From NCBI GenBank assembly GCA_963796455.1, contig CAWCLO010000001.1, positions 1,024,001-1,088,000 on the forward strand: a stretch of 64,000 nucleotides of DNA, given 5' to 3'. Below the pieces are notes generated by a model. The model saw only the letters and a program-made list of their open reading frames with translations, was not told the DNA's origin and searched no databases. Below are positions 1 to 14,150 of this stretch, piece after piece (the first letter of the stretch is position 1; each line of letters starts with the position of its first letter). The translations under genes and the position numbers were made by a program. Source of the DNA: Candidatus Sulfomarinibacteraceae bacterium. Lineage in GTDB: Bacteria > Acidobacteriota > Thermoanaerobaculia > Thermoanaerobaculales > Sulfomarinibacteraceae.

Positions 1-1245
1 GACAAAGAGGATCAGAACAAAGGTGCCCGCGGGCAAGGCATTGACCACAGCGACAATAGCCGCCTGGGGCGAAACCTCGTTCATGATTTTGATCACCGGG
101 ACCGTGCCATTGAGCTGTTGGTGCAGCGCCGTGTTGCCGAAAACGGCAAAAAAGAGCCAGCAACCGAGGCTGCCCCACACGAGATTCGCCGCCACAACTT
201 GGCGGATGGTTCTGCCCGCGCGAAATCCTGGCGACAAAGAGGCCCATGAACGGGGCATAGGCGATCCACCATGCCCAGTAGAAGACCGTCCAGGTCTGGG
301 GAAAGCCCGACCCACCGACCGGGTCGGTGTAGAAGCTCATTTTCAGAAAGTTTGTAGCGAGCAGCCCGAGGCTGTTGGTGAAGGTATCGAGGATAAAGAC
401 CGTTGGCCCGAAGACCAGCACAAAAGCGAGAAGGAAGAACCCGAGATAGACGTTGGCATCGGCCAGCCGCTTGATGCCCTTCTCCATCCCGAGGTAAACG
501 GTGGTGCCGAAGATCGCGGTCCAGATGACGATCACAAAGGCATCGAGGGCAAAGGTCCGCTCGATCCCGGTCAATGTGCTGATGGACTCGGAGAGGATCG
601 GAGTCCCGAGACCGAGCGAGGTTCCGGTGCCTCCGACCAGACCGAAGATAAAGAGCACATCGATGAGTTTACCGAGCGGGCCGTCCGCGCGATCACCGAT
701 GACGCCTCGGCAGGCCTGGCTGATTCTCAAAAGCGGGACTTGCCGATTGTGGAAGGCATAGGCGATGGGCAGGGCCGGGATGCAATAAAGCGCCCATGCA
801 AGCGGCCCCCAATGAAAGAGCCCGTACATTGCTGCCCAGTGGGCTGCCTCGGCGGTCTCGGCCTCGATGCCGAAGGGCGGCGCCTGGTAGTAATAAACCC
901 ACTCGATGGTGGCCCAATAAAGCAGCGACGTGCCGATCCCGGCACAGAAGAGCATCGCGATCCAGCTCAGAGTCCGGAATTCGGGTTCGGCATCTTTTCC
1001 TCCAAACCTGACCGAACCATATCTTGCCAAATGCAAACCACAGAAGCGCACACAAAGCCGCAAAGGTGAACCACAGAAACAGAACCCCGAATTTCGAGGT
1101 GATGAATGCCATCACCCGGCCGAGGACCGCGGCACTCTGCTCGGGGAAGGGGATCAGCGGGCACGATCGCAGAGACCACAACCAGGAAGGGCGGGCCAGA
1201 ACACCTGATGATCGATCGGCGCCGGTGTCGGATTATCTTCATCAT
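1..1245 (-). CDS. BCCT family (betaine/carnitine/choline) transporter, frameshifted, 3' end runs off the window
   Basis: Manual minus-strand translation gives BCCT motifs SWIAMLFCAGIGTSLLYW, FHWGPLAWALY and [30 protein letters not shown]. The N-terminus is split across ORFs 967..1245 and 693..1181. Confidence 0.9.
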
Positions 1246-1260
1246 GCCCCTTGTCCCGGA

Positions 1261-2585
1261 CTACTTTGGCCCGTCGACCTCAGCGAAAATCCCGTTCAGA
1301 ACCTCGCGCAGGCGAGGAAGCACCTCGAGCTCGCTCTGGTCGTCGTTGAAGTACCCCACGTAGACGGCCACCAGATCGCGATCCGGATTGACCAGCAAGA
1401 CCCTGTCCGGCCCAGCCGCCCTTGAAGACATCGTTGTTGTCAAAGACCAGGTCCCACTGGTAGACATTGTGCTTGATCGTTTGATCCATCGCCTCGTCCG
1501 GGGGACCTCCAACGCTGCGTTGGCCAACAGTTCGGGACGCCCACCGTTCTTCAGCATTTTGATGTGACCGATCGGAAATGATCTTTCGTCGGAGACAATC
1601 GAATAGCTCGGGGTGAAAAGCAGACCGAATCGCGCGAGATCTCGGGGCCTCGCGAGGAACCCTCCCGCGAACAGGGGAACTCCAAAACGGGGTGCCAGCA
1701 TCGCTGCGTCACCTTCGGCGCCGATCTGCGTCCAGATCTCGCGGGAGAGTGCGTCTTGAAAGGGCATCCCGGTCAGTTTTTCGACCAACCAACCGAGAAT
1801 GTAGGTGTTGATCGAACCATACTCGAAGGAGGTCCCTTGCTCGGCGAAACATCCGACCTCGAGACCCGCGATGTATTCGTATGGATCGTCTGGAGACCCG
1901 CTCGTCCCAATGGGCTTCTCCGGTCGTCTCCATCAGCCCGTAGTAGCAGGAGTCTCTGTCGTAATACTCTTCCGGGCAATCGACACCGGTAGCCATGTCG
2001 AGGATGTTTCTCACGCTGATCCCCGCGTAGGGGGAACCCGAGAGCTCCGGAATATAGGTCTCGACGGCCTTGTCGATTTCGACCTGTCCGCGCGCCTCGA
2101 GGATGCTCACGACGGCGGAGACCAGCACCTTGGTCACCGACCAATAGATCGGCCTCTCATAAGGCTGCATTCGTGGATAGTCTTCAAATACGATGACGCC
2201 ACGGTGCAGGATGACCATGCCCATACAGGTCGAAAAATCGCTGTTCAGGAATTCAGAAAATCGCATGGGCCCGTCGGGGGTATCGACGGTGTGAGTTGGC
2301 GATAGCCGCCATCGGCCGGCTCTCGAGTTCTCGAACGGGACCGGAGCGATACACATTGACCGTCGGAAAAACCCGGTTGAGGTTCCGGTTGTTCCAGGCC
2401 ATATCGACGCCGTTGACGTTCCACCAGGATGTGTCTGTCGGCAGCTTGCCGATCTGGCGGCGAACCTCTTCCACCGAGGACGCAGACTCGAAGGTCTGAG
2501 TATCCACCACCGCCGCGCCTGCCGCCGCGACCAGAAGCCCGATCGGGATCAGGGCTGCGACCCGATGTTTCACATTGCCTCCCAT
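1261..2585 (-). CDS. Serine hydrolase, beta-lactamase/NylB-like, signal peptide, frameshifted
   Basis: SxxK motif (WSVTK), RNILDMATG and ARPRDLARFG are spread over the tail of 2253..3602 and ORFs 1709..2356, 1261..1788 and 1280..1489. The N-terminus is hydrophobic. Confidence 0.8.
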
Positions 2586-2589
2586 GCCC

Positions 2590-3647
2590 TCACCTGCCAT
2601 TCTTTTCGAAGAATTCCAGATCACATCGATCCCGAACTGATCGTTTCCCTTGCGCGGCCAATCGTGACCGCCGTCCCAGCCGCAATCCACGATCTCGGCA
2701 CCGGAGGCACAGCTAGTACGCTGGATGCACTCGAGCCCCTGGGTACCGTCCTTCGAGGTCCGGTATGGGCTGTCTTCGCTCGCGCAGCCCTGGGAATCAC
2801 TGGCAGCCCAAGCGTTGAGAACCTCCGCGGAGGGGGTGTAGAGAAAGCCATCGCTTGCCGGTACGCCGTCGAAGGGCACTGTGGTGTCGTGGGTCGCATA
2901 AATGTTCATCATCGAAATCGCGGGCGATGGTCCGGGTGCGCAGTTGAATCCTCTCGCGATCGTCCCCGCCACCGGGGCAATGGCCGCAAAACGATCCGGG
3001 AGATCGCAACCGAGACGGTGGACAAACATCCCGCCGTTGCTGATCCCGGTGGCAAAGACCCGATCAAGATCGATGCACAGAGTGGCCTCCAACTCGTCGA
3101 GAAGTGAAACGATGAAACCCACGTCGTCATAGCACGAACACCAATCGCACTCTCTCGGCTCGCCGCATTCGGGCGGCGTCGGATAGTCAAAGGCCTCGTC
3201 GGTGCAGATCGATCCCTCGGGGCCCGGAGAGGAATTGCACGCAAGATCATTCCACGACGTGATCGTGGCTCCATCCACCTCGAAACCGGTCGCCTGGGGA
3301 TAGCCAACCACATATCCCTTTTGATCGGCATGTTGACTGAAGGAGGTGTACTCGTTTTCCAGCTTCATCACGTTGCCCGTATAGCCGTGGATGACGAGAA
3401 CCAATGGAGCTGGGCTCGCCGAATCGTAGCCGGTCGGGAGGTGGAGGCGGTACTCCCGTTCGAGCTCCCCGACCGTGATATCGAACGGCGCCGAGGAGCC
3501 AGCCTCGAGCGCCGCCTTCGATCCACAACCCGTGCTCGGATTGGAAATCCCCACCTCACCAGCGGTTCCAGCGGAGAAACCGGGCCCCGCCGCTGCCACC
3601 ACCAGGATCGAAAAAACCGACGGCAGGCCGCGAGCTCCACGATATTT

Positions 3648-3651
<4 letters not shown>
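2590..3651 (-). CDS. PHB-depolymerase/LpqC-like esterase, frameshifted
   Basis: Motifs PLVLVIHGY, DDVGFI, RVFATGISNGG (nucleophile elbow) and GGHDWP. The ATG at 3651 overlaps the beta-galactosidase stop (ATGA). The probable true end IW(E)FFEKNGR* at 2590 needs one extra G. Confidence 0.8.
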
Positions 3652-6827
<3,176 letters not shown>

Positions 6828-6900
6828 GAGAACCCTCCGACCACAAAAATTCAGTACCGTCCGACATTCCGAAACCTCGACCCGACCCGTGAATCGGCTC

Positions 6901-6930
6901 GAAAAAAGAGACAGCCCGCCGAAGCGGGCT
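6901..6930 (-). terminator. Intrinsic terminator downstream of the TonB receptor
   Basis: Minus strand reads AGCCCGC-TTCG-GCGGGCT followed by GTCTCTTTTTTC, a cUUCGg tetraloop hairpin with a U-tract. Confidence 0.8.
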
Positions 6931-6950
6931 CGAACTCTATGCGCCCTCCA

Positions 6951-9744
6951 CTAGAAGGAGATTCTTGCTCGCAATTGTGCCCTTCGCGGTAGGACCCACC
7001 CACCGGGCAGCGGCTCCTCACCGACCGGGAAGTCGAGATTACTCCACCACTCGACGGCATCGTCGTTCAGAAGATTGAGTATCTGGAGGTCGATGCTGAG
7101 ATCGGTTCCTTTCCGAGGTTGAAGTGCTTGCCGATGCCAATGTCCCAAAGGTATTGGGTCGGCAGGCGTTGGCTGTCTGATGCCGGCGAGGTGACGATCG
7201 TGGTGGATCCACGGTTCGGGAGTTGGATCCTCTGTTGGCGGTCGAGGTACGCCCGCTTTGATTTGAGGCACCGAACTGATCTTGAACTGCAGCGGCAGCA
7301 CCCAATTGCCGACAAAACGGAGAATGTGGCGGCGGTCTCCGGCCAAAACCTTATCCGAGTTGATAAAGGCGTTGGGGTCGGCGTCGTCACGGTTGGCGAG
7401 AACCTGGCCCTGACCGGCCCAATCGGCCGTAAAGTGCCGAGGATTCAGACCCTCGGCCCTCGAGTAACTATATGAAGCCATGAGGTCCCAATTTTTGCTG
7501 AATCTCTTGTTGTAGTCAGGAAAAATCCTACATAATCCTGCTCGTAGGGTCGGATCTCCACCTGCCGCACCTGGGGCCAGAGGTGTTTCCCTTGTAGCGC
7601 GTCGGTTCGACCGAGTAGTCCCTCAGTGTGTACGTGTTTCCGGTCTCCGGATCGGTCCAATCGAAATTTTCGTACTCCCCGTCATCGTCGATGTACCAGC
7701 CGATCTGGTTTTTGGTTTGTTTGTAAACCACCTGCGCTCCTACGGCACTCGTCGATGTCACCTGATGATCAAACCCGAGGGTGTACTCCCAGGTGTGGGC
7801 GTTCTTTGTACCGTCGATGAGGAAAGCGTCCGGTGTCGTCTCCCAGATCGAAAGCAACTCCCACTCCTGTCATAGTTCCACCAGTAAGTCGCCCACGCCG
7901 GCACGGCAGGCGGCGGTGAATACCAGTCGCCGGAGGTCATACCGGCGTGGAACTGCCCGATGGATCCACGGATGACGGTTCTTCCATCGCCCTTGGGTTG
8001 CCAGGCGAAGCCGATACGAGGATCCACGTTGGTCCAGTCGACCATGTCCTTGCCCGGAACGACCTCGCCGGTTGGGATGGAGTTCCTATCCAGGCGATTG
8101 AAGTCCGGGACCGAACCGGTGTGTTTGTCGTAACGTACACCGAGATCCAACGTGAACTTGCTGCTGATGGACCAACTGTCGGTGACGAAGACACCGATCG
8201 ATTTGGAATCGCCGCCGTAGTAGTAGGGCGTCCCGGTGTACCAATACTGTTCGATGGTGGTGTAATAGTAACCAGGGTAGTAATACGACTCGTAGGTGTA
8301 ATACTGCTGGTAATACCAGTCGGGTCGGAAGGGTTTGGTGGTTCCGCCACCCTGTGAGTACTGGACTCCGAAGCGAAATTCGTGGTCACCCTTGATGAAC
8401 TCATCAGCGTGCTGGGTGATGATGACCTCGGCGTCATCGGAGTGCTGCTCCCAATCCCAATCCCAATAGGTGCCGCCGCTCTCGAGCGTTGGTGACACGG
8501 TGTAATCGGCGAAATAGGGTTCGGTGCTCGGGTACTGGGGACGGTTCTTGGTCTCGCCCCGCCAGATGCCGCCACGCACCTCGAGGACCGTGTTCGCTCC
8601 CAGGATCGCACTGTAGTCCAAAGCAAACATTTTGTGTTCTTCGTACCACTCTTGCCAGGTCGTCGGTTCGGCAAAGATGCTGCCGGTGTTCGGTCCCAGA
8701 TAGTCGTGATCGTTGATGGTCAGGTTGATGCGGTGATTCTGGGCGATCTGCGCCGTCAACTTGCCGTCGTAGTTGTTCCACTCTGATCCCTTTTGCTCAG
8801 GAAGGGTGGAATCATCAAATGGACCGAAGTCCTGAAACCGTCCCGACTCGGCGCCAATGAAGAACCACAATTTATCCCGTAGAACCGGGCCACCCAGGGT
8901 CACTGCCAGATTGTTATGATGATCCAATCTATAGGTCTGGGCACCCTCGGGGGCGTCCTCACGCCGCGCATTCTCGCTGACCCAATCCGGATTCCACCAG
9001 TCGAGAGCGGCCGATCCGTGAAACTGGTTGGTTCCGGATTTCGTGACGACGTTGAATGCCGTGCCGAGCATCCCGCCGTACTCGGCGGTGGCACCGGTCC
9101 CGAGCACCTGAATCTCGGCGACGAGTTCATCGTTGATCGACCACGAGAGATCGCCTCCCTCCGGAGCCGTCCGATCGAGCCCATCGATGTTCCACTGGCT
9201 CGATTTGATATCGGCTCCAAAAGCAGCGATCTGGCTCGACCCCTCATTCATCTGGACGACGCCCGGGGTCATCGCGATCATGTCGTAGAAGTGGCCCCTT
9301 GTCGGCAGGTCGATAATCTGTTCGTTGTCGAACCTGGTATTGAAGGTGGGGCTCGAAACATCGACAATCGGTGTTTCTGCGACCACCGTTATTTCATCGG
9401 AAAATGTATCGGGCATGGTGAAGTCGACTGAAGCCACCGCTCCAATGTTGACCCGAACGGCTTCGGCGGACTGAGTCTGGAACCCGGTGAGAGAAGCGGT
9501 CACCGAGTAGGTGCCGATAGGTATCGCCGCAAATTGGAATCCACCGGATGCACTTGTTACCGACGATCGCTGGGCGGAGCCCAGGGGCTTCACCGGCAAC
9601 CACGATGGTGACTCCCGGGATGGCCTGACCGGCATCGTCGACGACTCTCCCTCGAATGCTGCCCATGGTCTGGGTCCACCCGATCTGCCCGACCAGCAGG
9701 ACGAGCACAAAAACTGAAACTCCGAGCAACCGCCTTTTCGTCAT
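6951..9744 (-). CDS. TonB-dependent receptor with N-terminal carboxypeptidase-regulatory-like domain (Oar-type), frameshifted
   Basis: Signal peptide followed by GSIRGRVVD, AEYGGMLG..NVVTKSGTNQFHG, LGGPVLRDKLWFF, LDLGVRYD and PRIGFAW. The C-terminus ends in Phe (QLRARISF). Confidence 0.9.
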
Positions 9745-9800
9745 CGAAAACCTCCTCCGGTCCGGTTATTCGTTGATCGAACCATTTGACGCCCCCTCGA

Positions 9801-9821
9801 GCAACGGGCAACGGGCAACGG
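9801..9821. repeat. Heptamer tandem repeat (GCAACGG)x3
   Basis: Read directly between the DeoR stop and the TonB receptor start. Confidence 0.7.
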
Positions 9822-9854
9822 TTCGATAATTCTCGGCAAAAACTTTCCCTTCAC

Positions 9855-10664
9855 TCATGCGTGGCGCGGATGAACCGATTCAACAGCCAGTCCATCCGCC
9901 TCCAGTTCTCGGATGATCGTTTTGTCCGCAAGATCGTCGGTTATCAACAGGTCGGCCCCGGAGATGTCCGTTACAAAGGCCGATGCGACCTCGCCGATCT
10001 TGTCGTGATCGGCCAGAAAAACAGTCTTATCGGCCGACCGAACCATCGCCTGTTTGATCTCAGCCTCGGCGATGTTGGCGTTGGTGAAACCACGTTCCGG
10101 ATCGACGCCGTTGCATCCCAGAAACGCCACGTCGGCTTTGAGCTGATCGAGAAGCAGCGTGCCCATCGGTGCGACCAGCGAGTGCTGAAGAGGTCTCAGC
10201 GTCCCTCCGGTCACGATCACCGAGACACCAGGGAGCGATTCGAGGATCAGGGCGATGTTCAGCGCGTTGGTGATCACCACCACTCGGACGAGATCAGGCG
10301 AGAGAGCGTTTGCCAGCTCAGTTGTGGTGCTTCCGACATCGATGATCACCGTCTGGCCGTTCTTCACCATGGCTGCCGCATAGGCGCCGATGGCCGCCTT
10401 TTCGGCGCGGTTGGCCGTGCTGGTCTCTTCGAGAGGCAGTTCGATGACACCGTTGGCCGACGCGACTGCGCCGCCCCGAACCCGGGTCAGGACATTTTTC
10501 TGCTCGAGGAATTTCAGGTCTTCGCGGATCGTCACCTCGGACACCTCGAGCCGTTCCTTGAGATCCGCGATGCTCACGCGTCCGTTGATTTCTATCGCGC
10601 GCCGAATCGCGTCGTGCCGCAATGCAGCCTTGAGAGCAACCGGATGATCTGATGTCAACACCAT
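9855..10664 (-). CDS. DeoR/GlpR family transcriptional regulator
   Basis: HTH motif VSEVTIREDLKFLE..RVRGGA and sugar-binding domain motifs IDVGSTTT, ITNALNIA and FLGCNGVD. Confidence 0.95.
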   Translation of the reverse strand: MVLTSDHPVALKAALRHDAIRRAIEINGRVSIADLKERLEVSEVTIREDLKFLEQKNVLTRVRGGAVASANGVIELPLEETSTANRAEKAAIGAYAAAMVKNGQTVIIDVGSTTTELANALSPDLVRVVVITNALNIALILESLPGVSVIVTGGTLRPLQHSLVAPMGTLLLDQLKADVAFLGCNGVDPERGFTNANIAEAEIKQAMVRSADKTVFLADHDKIGEVASAFVTDISGADLLITDDLADKTIIRELEADGLAVESVHPRHA

Positions 10665-10696
10665 GGGCTTCTTCAGTTTTAAAAGATAATCCCAGA

Positions 10697-10917
10697 TTTT
10701 CGAAAGCGCAAGTGATAGGAAACGACCCTGCCCAAAAACGTCGAAAAACGATTATATCCGCCATTAACGCCGTTCGCACGCACCAACCAAGGAACAATGA
10801 TACACATTATCACTTTGTTTTCTTAAGGTTGGGCCGCAACAACTCTTCAACATTGCCAAGCACATGTCCATGGCCAATGGTGTACAGTACATCGTGAAGG
10901 ACTCGGAATTTCGAAAG
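10697..10917. promoter_or_regulatory. AT-rich divergent promoter region with two TTTCGAAAG sites (candidate DeoR operators)
   Basis: TTTTCGAAAG at 10697-10706 and TTTCGAAAG at 10909-10917, one near each divergent start. The operator role is inferred. Confidence 0.4.
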
Positions 10918-10946
10918 AAATAAAAAGAAACGAGAGCATCGCACGG

Positions 10947-12012
10947 ATGATCGACCACTCGAATTCCCGGATTTCAGCGCGGTCCTTCGGGGTTCTAGCC
11001 GACGGCCGTGAGGTCGATCTCTATCGCCTGGGCAATGATCGAGGAATGTGCGCCGAGATCACGAACTACGGCGGGATTGTCACCTCTTTATGTGTCCCGG
11101 ATCGAGAGGGTCGGATAAAGACATCGTGCTCGGCTTTGACGATCTGGATCATTACCTGGATGGCCACCCTTTTTTCGGTGCGATCGTCGGTCGCTACGGC
11201 AACCGCATCGCGAAGGGGCATTTCACACTCGACGGTCGAGGATTCGACCTCGCCAGAAACAACGGCCCAAACCACCTCCACGGTGGTGAGGTCGGTTTCG
11301 ACAAGGCCGTGTGGGCGGCCTGTACGAACGGAGGAGAACTCCGGCTCAGCCATATAGCCCGGACGAAGAGGAGGGTTTCCCGGGCCGGCTCGAGGTTACC
11401 GTCATCTACAGGCTGACCGACACCAACGAGCTCTGGATCGACTACCAGGCCACCACAGACCGCCCGACCATCGTCAACCTGACCAATCACTCCTATTTCA
11501 ATCTCAGCGGCCACGACAGCGGCGACATCCTCGACCACAAAATCTCGATCAACGGGGATCGCTTTACGCCGGTAGATGAAAACCTGATTCCGACCGGCGA
11601 ACTCCGTGCGGTCGCCGGAACACCGATGGATCTCCGCGAACCGGTGGCCATAAGATCACGAATCGACTCGCAGGACGAACAATTGCACTTCGCCGGAGGC
11701 TATGACCACAATTGGGTCCTCAACCGGGCATCAGATGAACTCCAGATCGCGGCAACAGTCCGCGATCAGACCAGCGGTCGGGTGATGGATGTCTTGACCA
11801 CAGAACCGGGAGTCCAGTTCTATACGGCGAATTTTCTCGATGGAAGCCTGATCGGTAAAGCGGGTGCACGTTATGGACGGAGGTGCGCGCTGTGTCTCGA
11901 GACCCAGCACTTTCCGGATTCACCCAACAAACCGGATTTCCCTTCTACAGTTCTTCGGCCGGGAGAGACCTATCAATCAACGACCGCCTACCGCTTCTCG
12001 GTGGAGTCGTGA
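10947..12012 (+). CDS. galM: Aldose 1-epimerase (galactose mutarotase), two frameshifts
   Basis: Motifs [34 protein letters not shown] and [12 protein letters not shown]. Confidence 0.93.
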
Positions 12013-12096
12013 TGGGCCGCATTCTCTGCAACGAATTATTGACGATCGATCAACGGCAATTCACACTCGTCTCGCAACGATGAAGGGAGAGGGATC

Positions 12097-14136
12097 GTGG
12101 GCGTAGGCATCATCGACATTCTCGTCTTTGTCATCTTCGTGGCAGCAGTCATCGGCATCGGTTTGTGGAAGAGCCGGGGCGAAGAAACGCACAGCGAGGA
12201 CGGCGCCCAGGACTACTTCCTCGCCGGCCGGGGGCTGACCTGGTGGCTGGTCGGTTTCTCACTTATCGCCGCCAATATCTCCACCGAACAATTTGTCGGC
12301 ATGAGCGGCAAAGCGGCCGACTGGTTGGGTATGGCCATTGCCAGCTACGAGTGGATGGCGGCTATCACCCTCGTCGTTGTCGCTTTTCTCTTCGTGCCGA
12401 CCTTCTTGAAGAGCGGTGTCTACACCATCCCGGAATTCCTCGAGTATCGCTACAACCCCTTCGCCCGCACGGTGATGGCCATTTCGACCCTGATCATTCT
12501 GGTCGGTGTGCCGACCGCTTCGGTCATCTATTCCGGCGCCAAGGTGATCACCGTCAATTTTCAGGGCCAGGCGATCTTCGGGTTGGATCTCGGCAGCATT
12601 ACAGTCGGTTGTTGGATCATCGGTTGTTTGGCGGCGGTCTATGTTTTTGCCGGTGGTCTCAAGGCCTGCGCCTGGGCGGATTTGATCCAGGGCACCGCGC
12701 TGATCATCGGCGGCGCCATCATCGCCTATCTGGCGATGCGACTTCTTGGGAACGCCGACCCGGCAGCCTTGGCAGCAACGGCGACGACCTCGATCGATCC
12801 CGCCCAATTGGCGGACGCCGGGGCGATCGAACGATTGCAACTTCTCAACGCCGGCGATTGGGAGGCGGGCAAACTCCACATGGTCCGCCCGGCCACCGAT
12901 CCCGAGATTCCGTGGACGGCCCTGGTGGTGGGTCTGTGGATTCCGAATTTCTTTTATTGGGGTCTCAACCAATACATCACACAGAGGACTCTGGGTTCGA
13001 AATCCCTCGCCGAGGGTCAGCGCGGTGTGGTTTTTGCCGCATTTCTCAAGCTTCTGATCCCCTTTGTGGTCGTGATTCCCGGCATTCTCGCCTACAACCT
13101 CTTCACCAGCGATCTGGAGACCGCGGCGGTCGTAAAAAATGCCAAAGCAATCGCCACCTACGCACCCGATCTCTATGAGCAACTTTCCGACGAGATCAAG
13201 CCGGACCCCAACGAAGCGCTCTTCGCCAACGACATCAAGGCCATCAACAAGAGGCTCGATGCGGCGCGGAACAAACCGACGAAGAAAATCACCGTCTTCC
13301 GCTTCAGCGAGACCTTTGCGACCGGCCATCCTGATGATGCACTCCGCGTGCTGAGCTATAACAGCGGCATCCTGGGTCGGCCCGAGATCGGCCCGATCCT
13401 CGATCCGCGAGAAATCCTCGCACAAAACTCGAGCCTCCTGACCAGCGCGGCCGGCGATGAAACCAGAGATACGGTGCATGAGCTGGTGTTGCGCGATTAC
13501 GACGCCGCCTTCCCGATCCTCATCAAGAACCTCCTGCCGACCGGATGGGGACTCAAAGGCTTCGTCCTGGCAGCTATCTTCGGCGCAGTTGTCAGTTCCC
13601 TGGCTTCGATGTTGAACTCGTCGTCGACGATTTTTGCGATGGACATCTACCGGAAGATCAAAAAGCGGCCATCCCAATTCGAACTGGTCACAGTGGGACG
13701 GATCTGTGTGGTCGCTTTTGTCTTCATTGCGATGCTGATTGCTCCAAGGCTGGACAACCCCAAATTCGGCGGGATCTTCACCTTCATCCAGGAGTTCCAG
13801 GGCTTTATCAGTCCGGGCATCCTCTCCATCTTTCTCTTCGGCGTCCTGGTTCACCGCGCGCCGCGTGCCTGCGGAACCGTCGGTCTGATCATCAATCCCC
13901 TGCTCTACGGAGGTCTCAAGTACTTTGCGCCGGGAATCGCTTTCCTCAATCGGATGGCGATCTGCTTCGCGGTAATTCTGGCAGTCCTCAGCATCATGAC
14001 GCTGCTCAAACCGATGGCCCAACCGGTGACCCTGCCGGTGAACGAAGCCATGGACATGCGCACCGACCCGCGCACCAAGGTCTTCGGCGGCGCGGTGGTT
14101 CTCTTGACCCTCGCGCTCTACGTCATTTTCTGGTAG
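12097..14136 (+). CDS. Sodium:solute symporter (vSGLT-like sugar transporter)
   Basis: Motifs YFLAGRGLTWW, SLIAANISTEQFVGMSG, YEWMAA, YWGLNQYITQRTL and FIQEFQG, with many TM segments. Confidence 0.95.
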   Translation: MGVGIIDILVFVIFVAAVIGIGLWKSRGEETHSEDGAQDYFLAGRGLTWWLVGFSLIAANISTEQFVGMSGKAADWLGMAIASYEWMAAITLVVVAFLFVPTFLKSGVYTIPEFLEYRYNPFARTVMAISTLIILVGVPTASVIYSGAKVITVNFQGQAIFGLDLGSITVGCWIIGCLAAVYVFAGGLKACAWADLIQGTALIIGGAIIAYLAMRLLGNADPAALAATATTSIDPAQLADAGAIERLQLLNAGDWEAGKLHMVRPATDPEIPWTALVVGLWIPNFFYWGLNQYITQRTLGSKSLAEGQRGVVFAAFLKLLIPFVVVIPGILAYNLFTSDLETAAVVKNAKAIATYAPDLYEQLSDEIKPDPNEALFANDIKAINKRLDAARNKPTKKITVFRFSETFATGHPDDALRVLSYNSGILGRPEIGPILDPREILAQNSSLLTSAAGDETRDTVHELVLRDYDAAFPILIKNLLPTGWGLKGFVLAAIFGAVVSSLASMLNSSSTIFAMDIYRKIKKRPSQFELVTVGRICVVAFVFIAMLIAPRLDNPKFGGIFTFIQEFQGFISPGILSIFLFGVLVHRAPRACGTVGLIINPLLYGGLKYFAPGIAFLNRMAICFAVILAVLSIMTLLKPMAQPVTLPVNEAMDMRTDPRTKVFGGAVVLLTLALYVIFW

Positions 14137-14150
14137 GACAACGGTCGCAC

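Noticed and set aside
2253..3602. Apparent esterase-serine hydrolase fusion ORF
   Set aside because: Restoring one G gives a natural stop at 2590, followed by a separate start with a signal peptide, so this is a frameshift artefact.
13545..14150. Long N-terminal extension of GalK
   Set aside because: It overlaps the SSS gene out of frame. The real start is the ATG at 14151.
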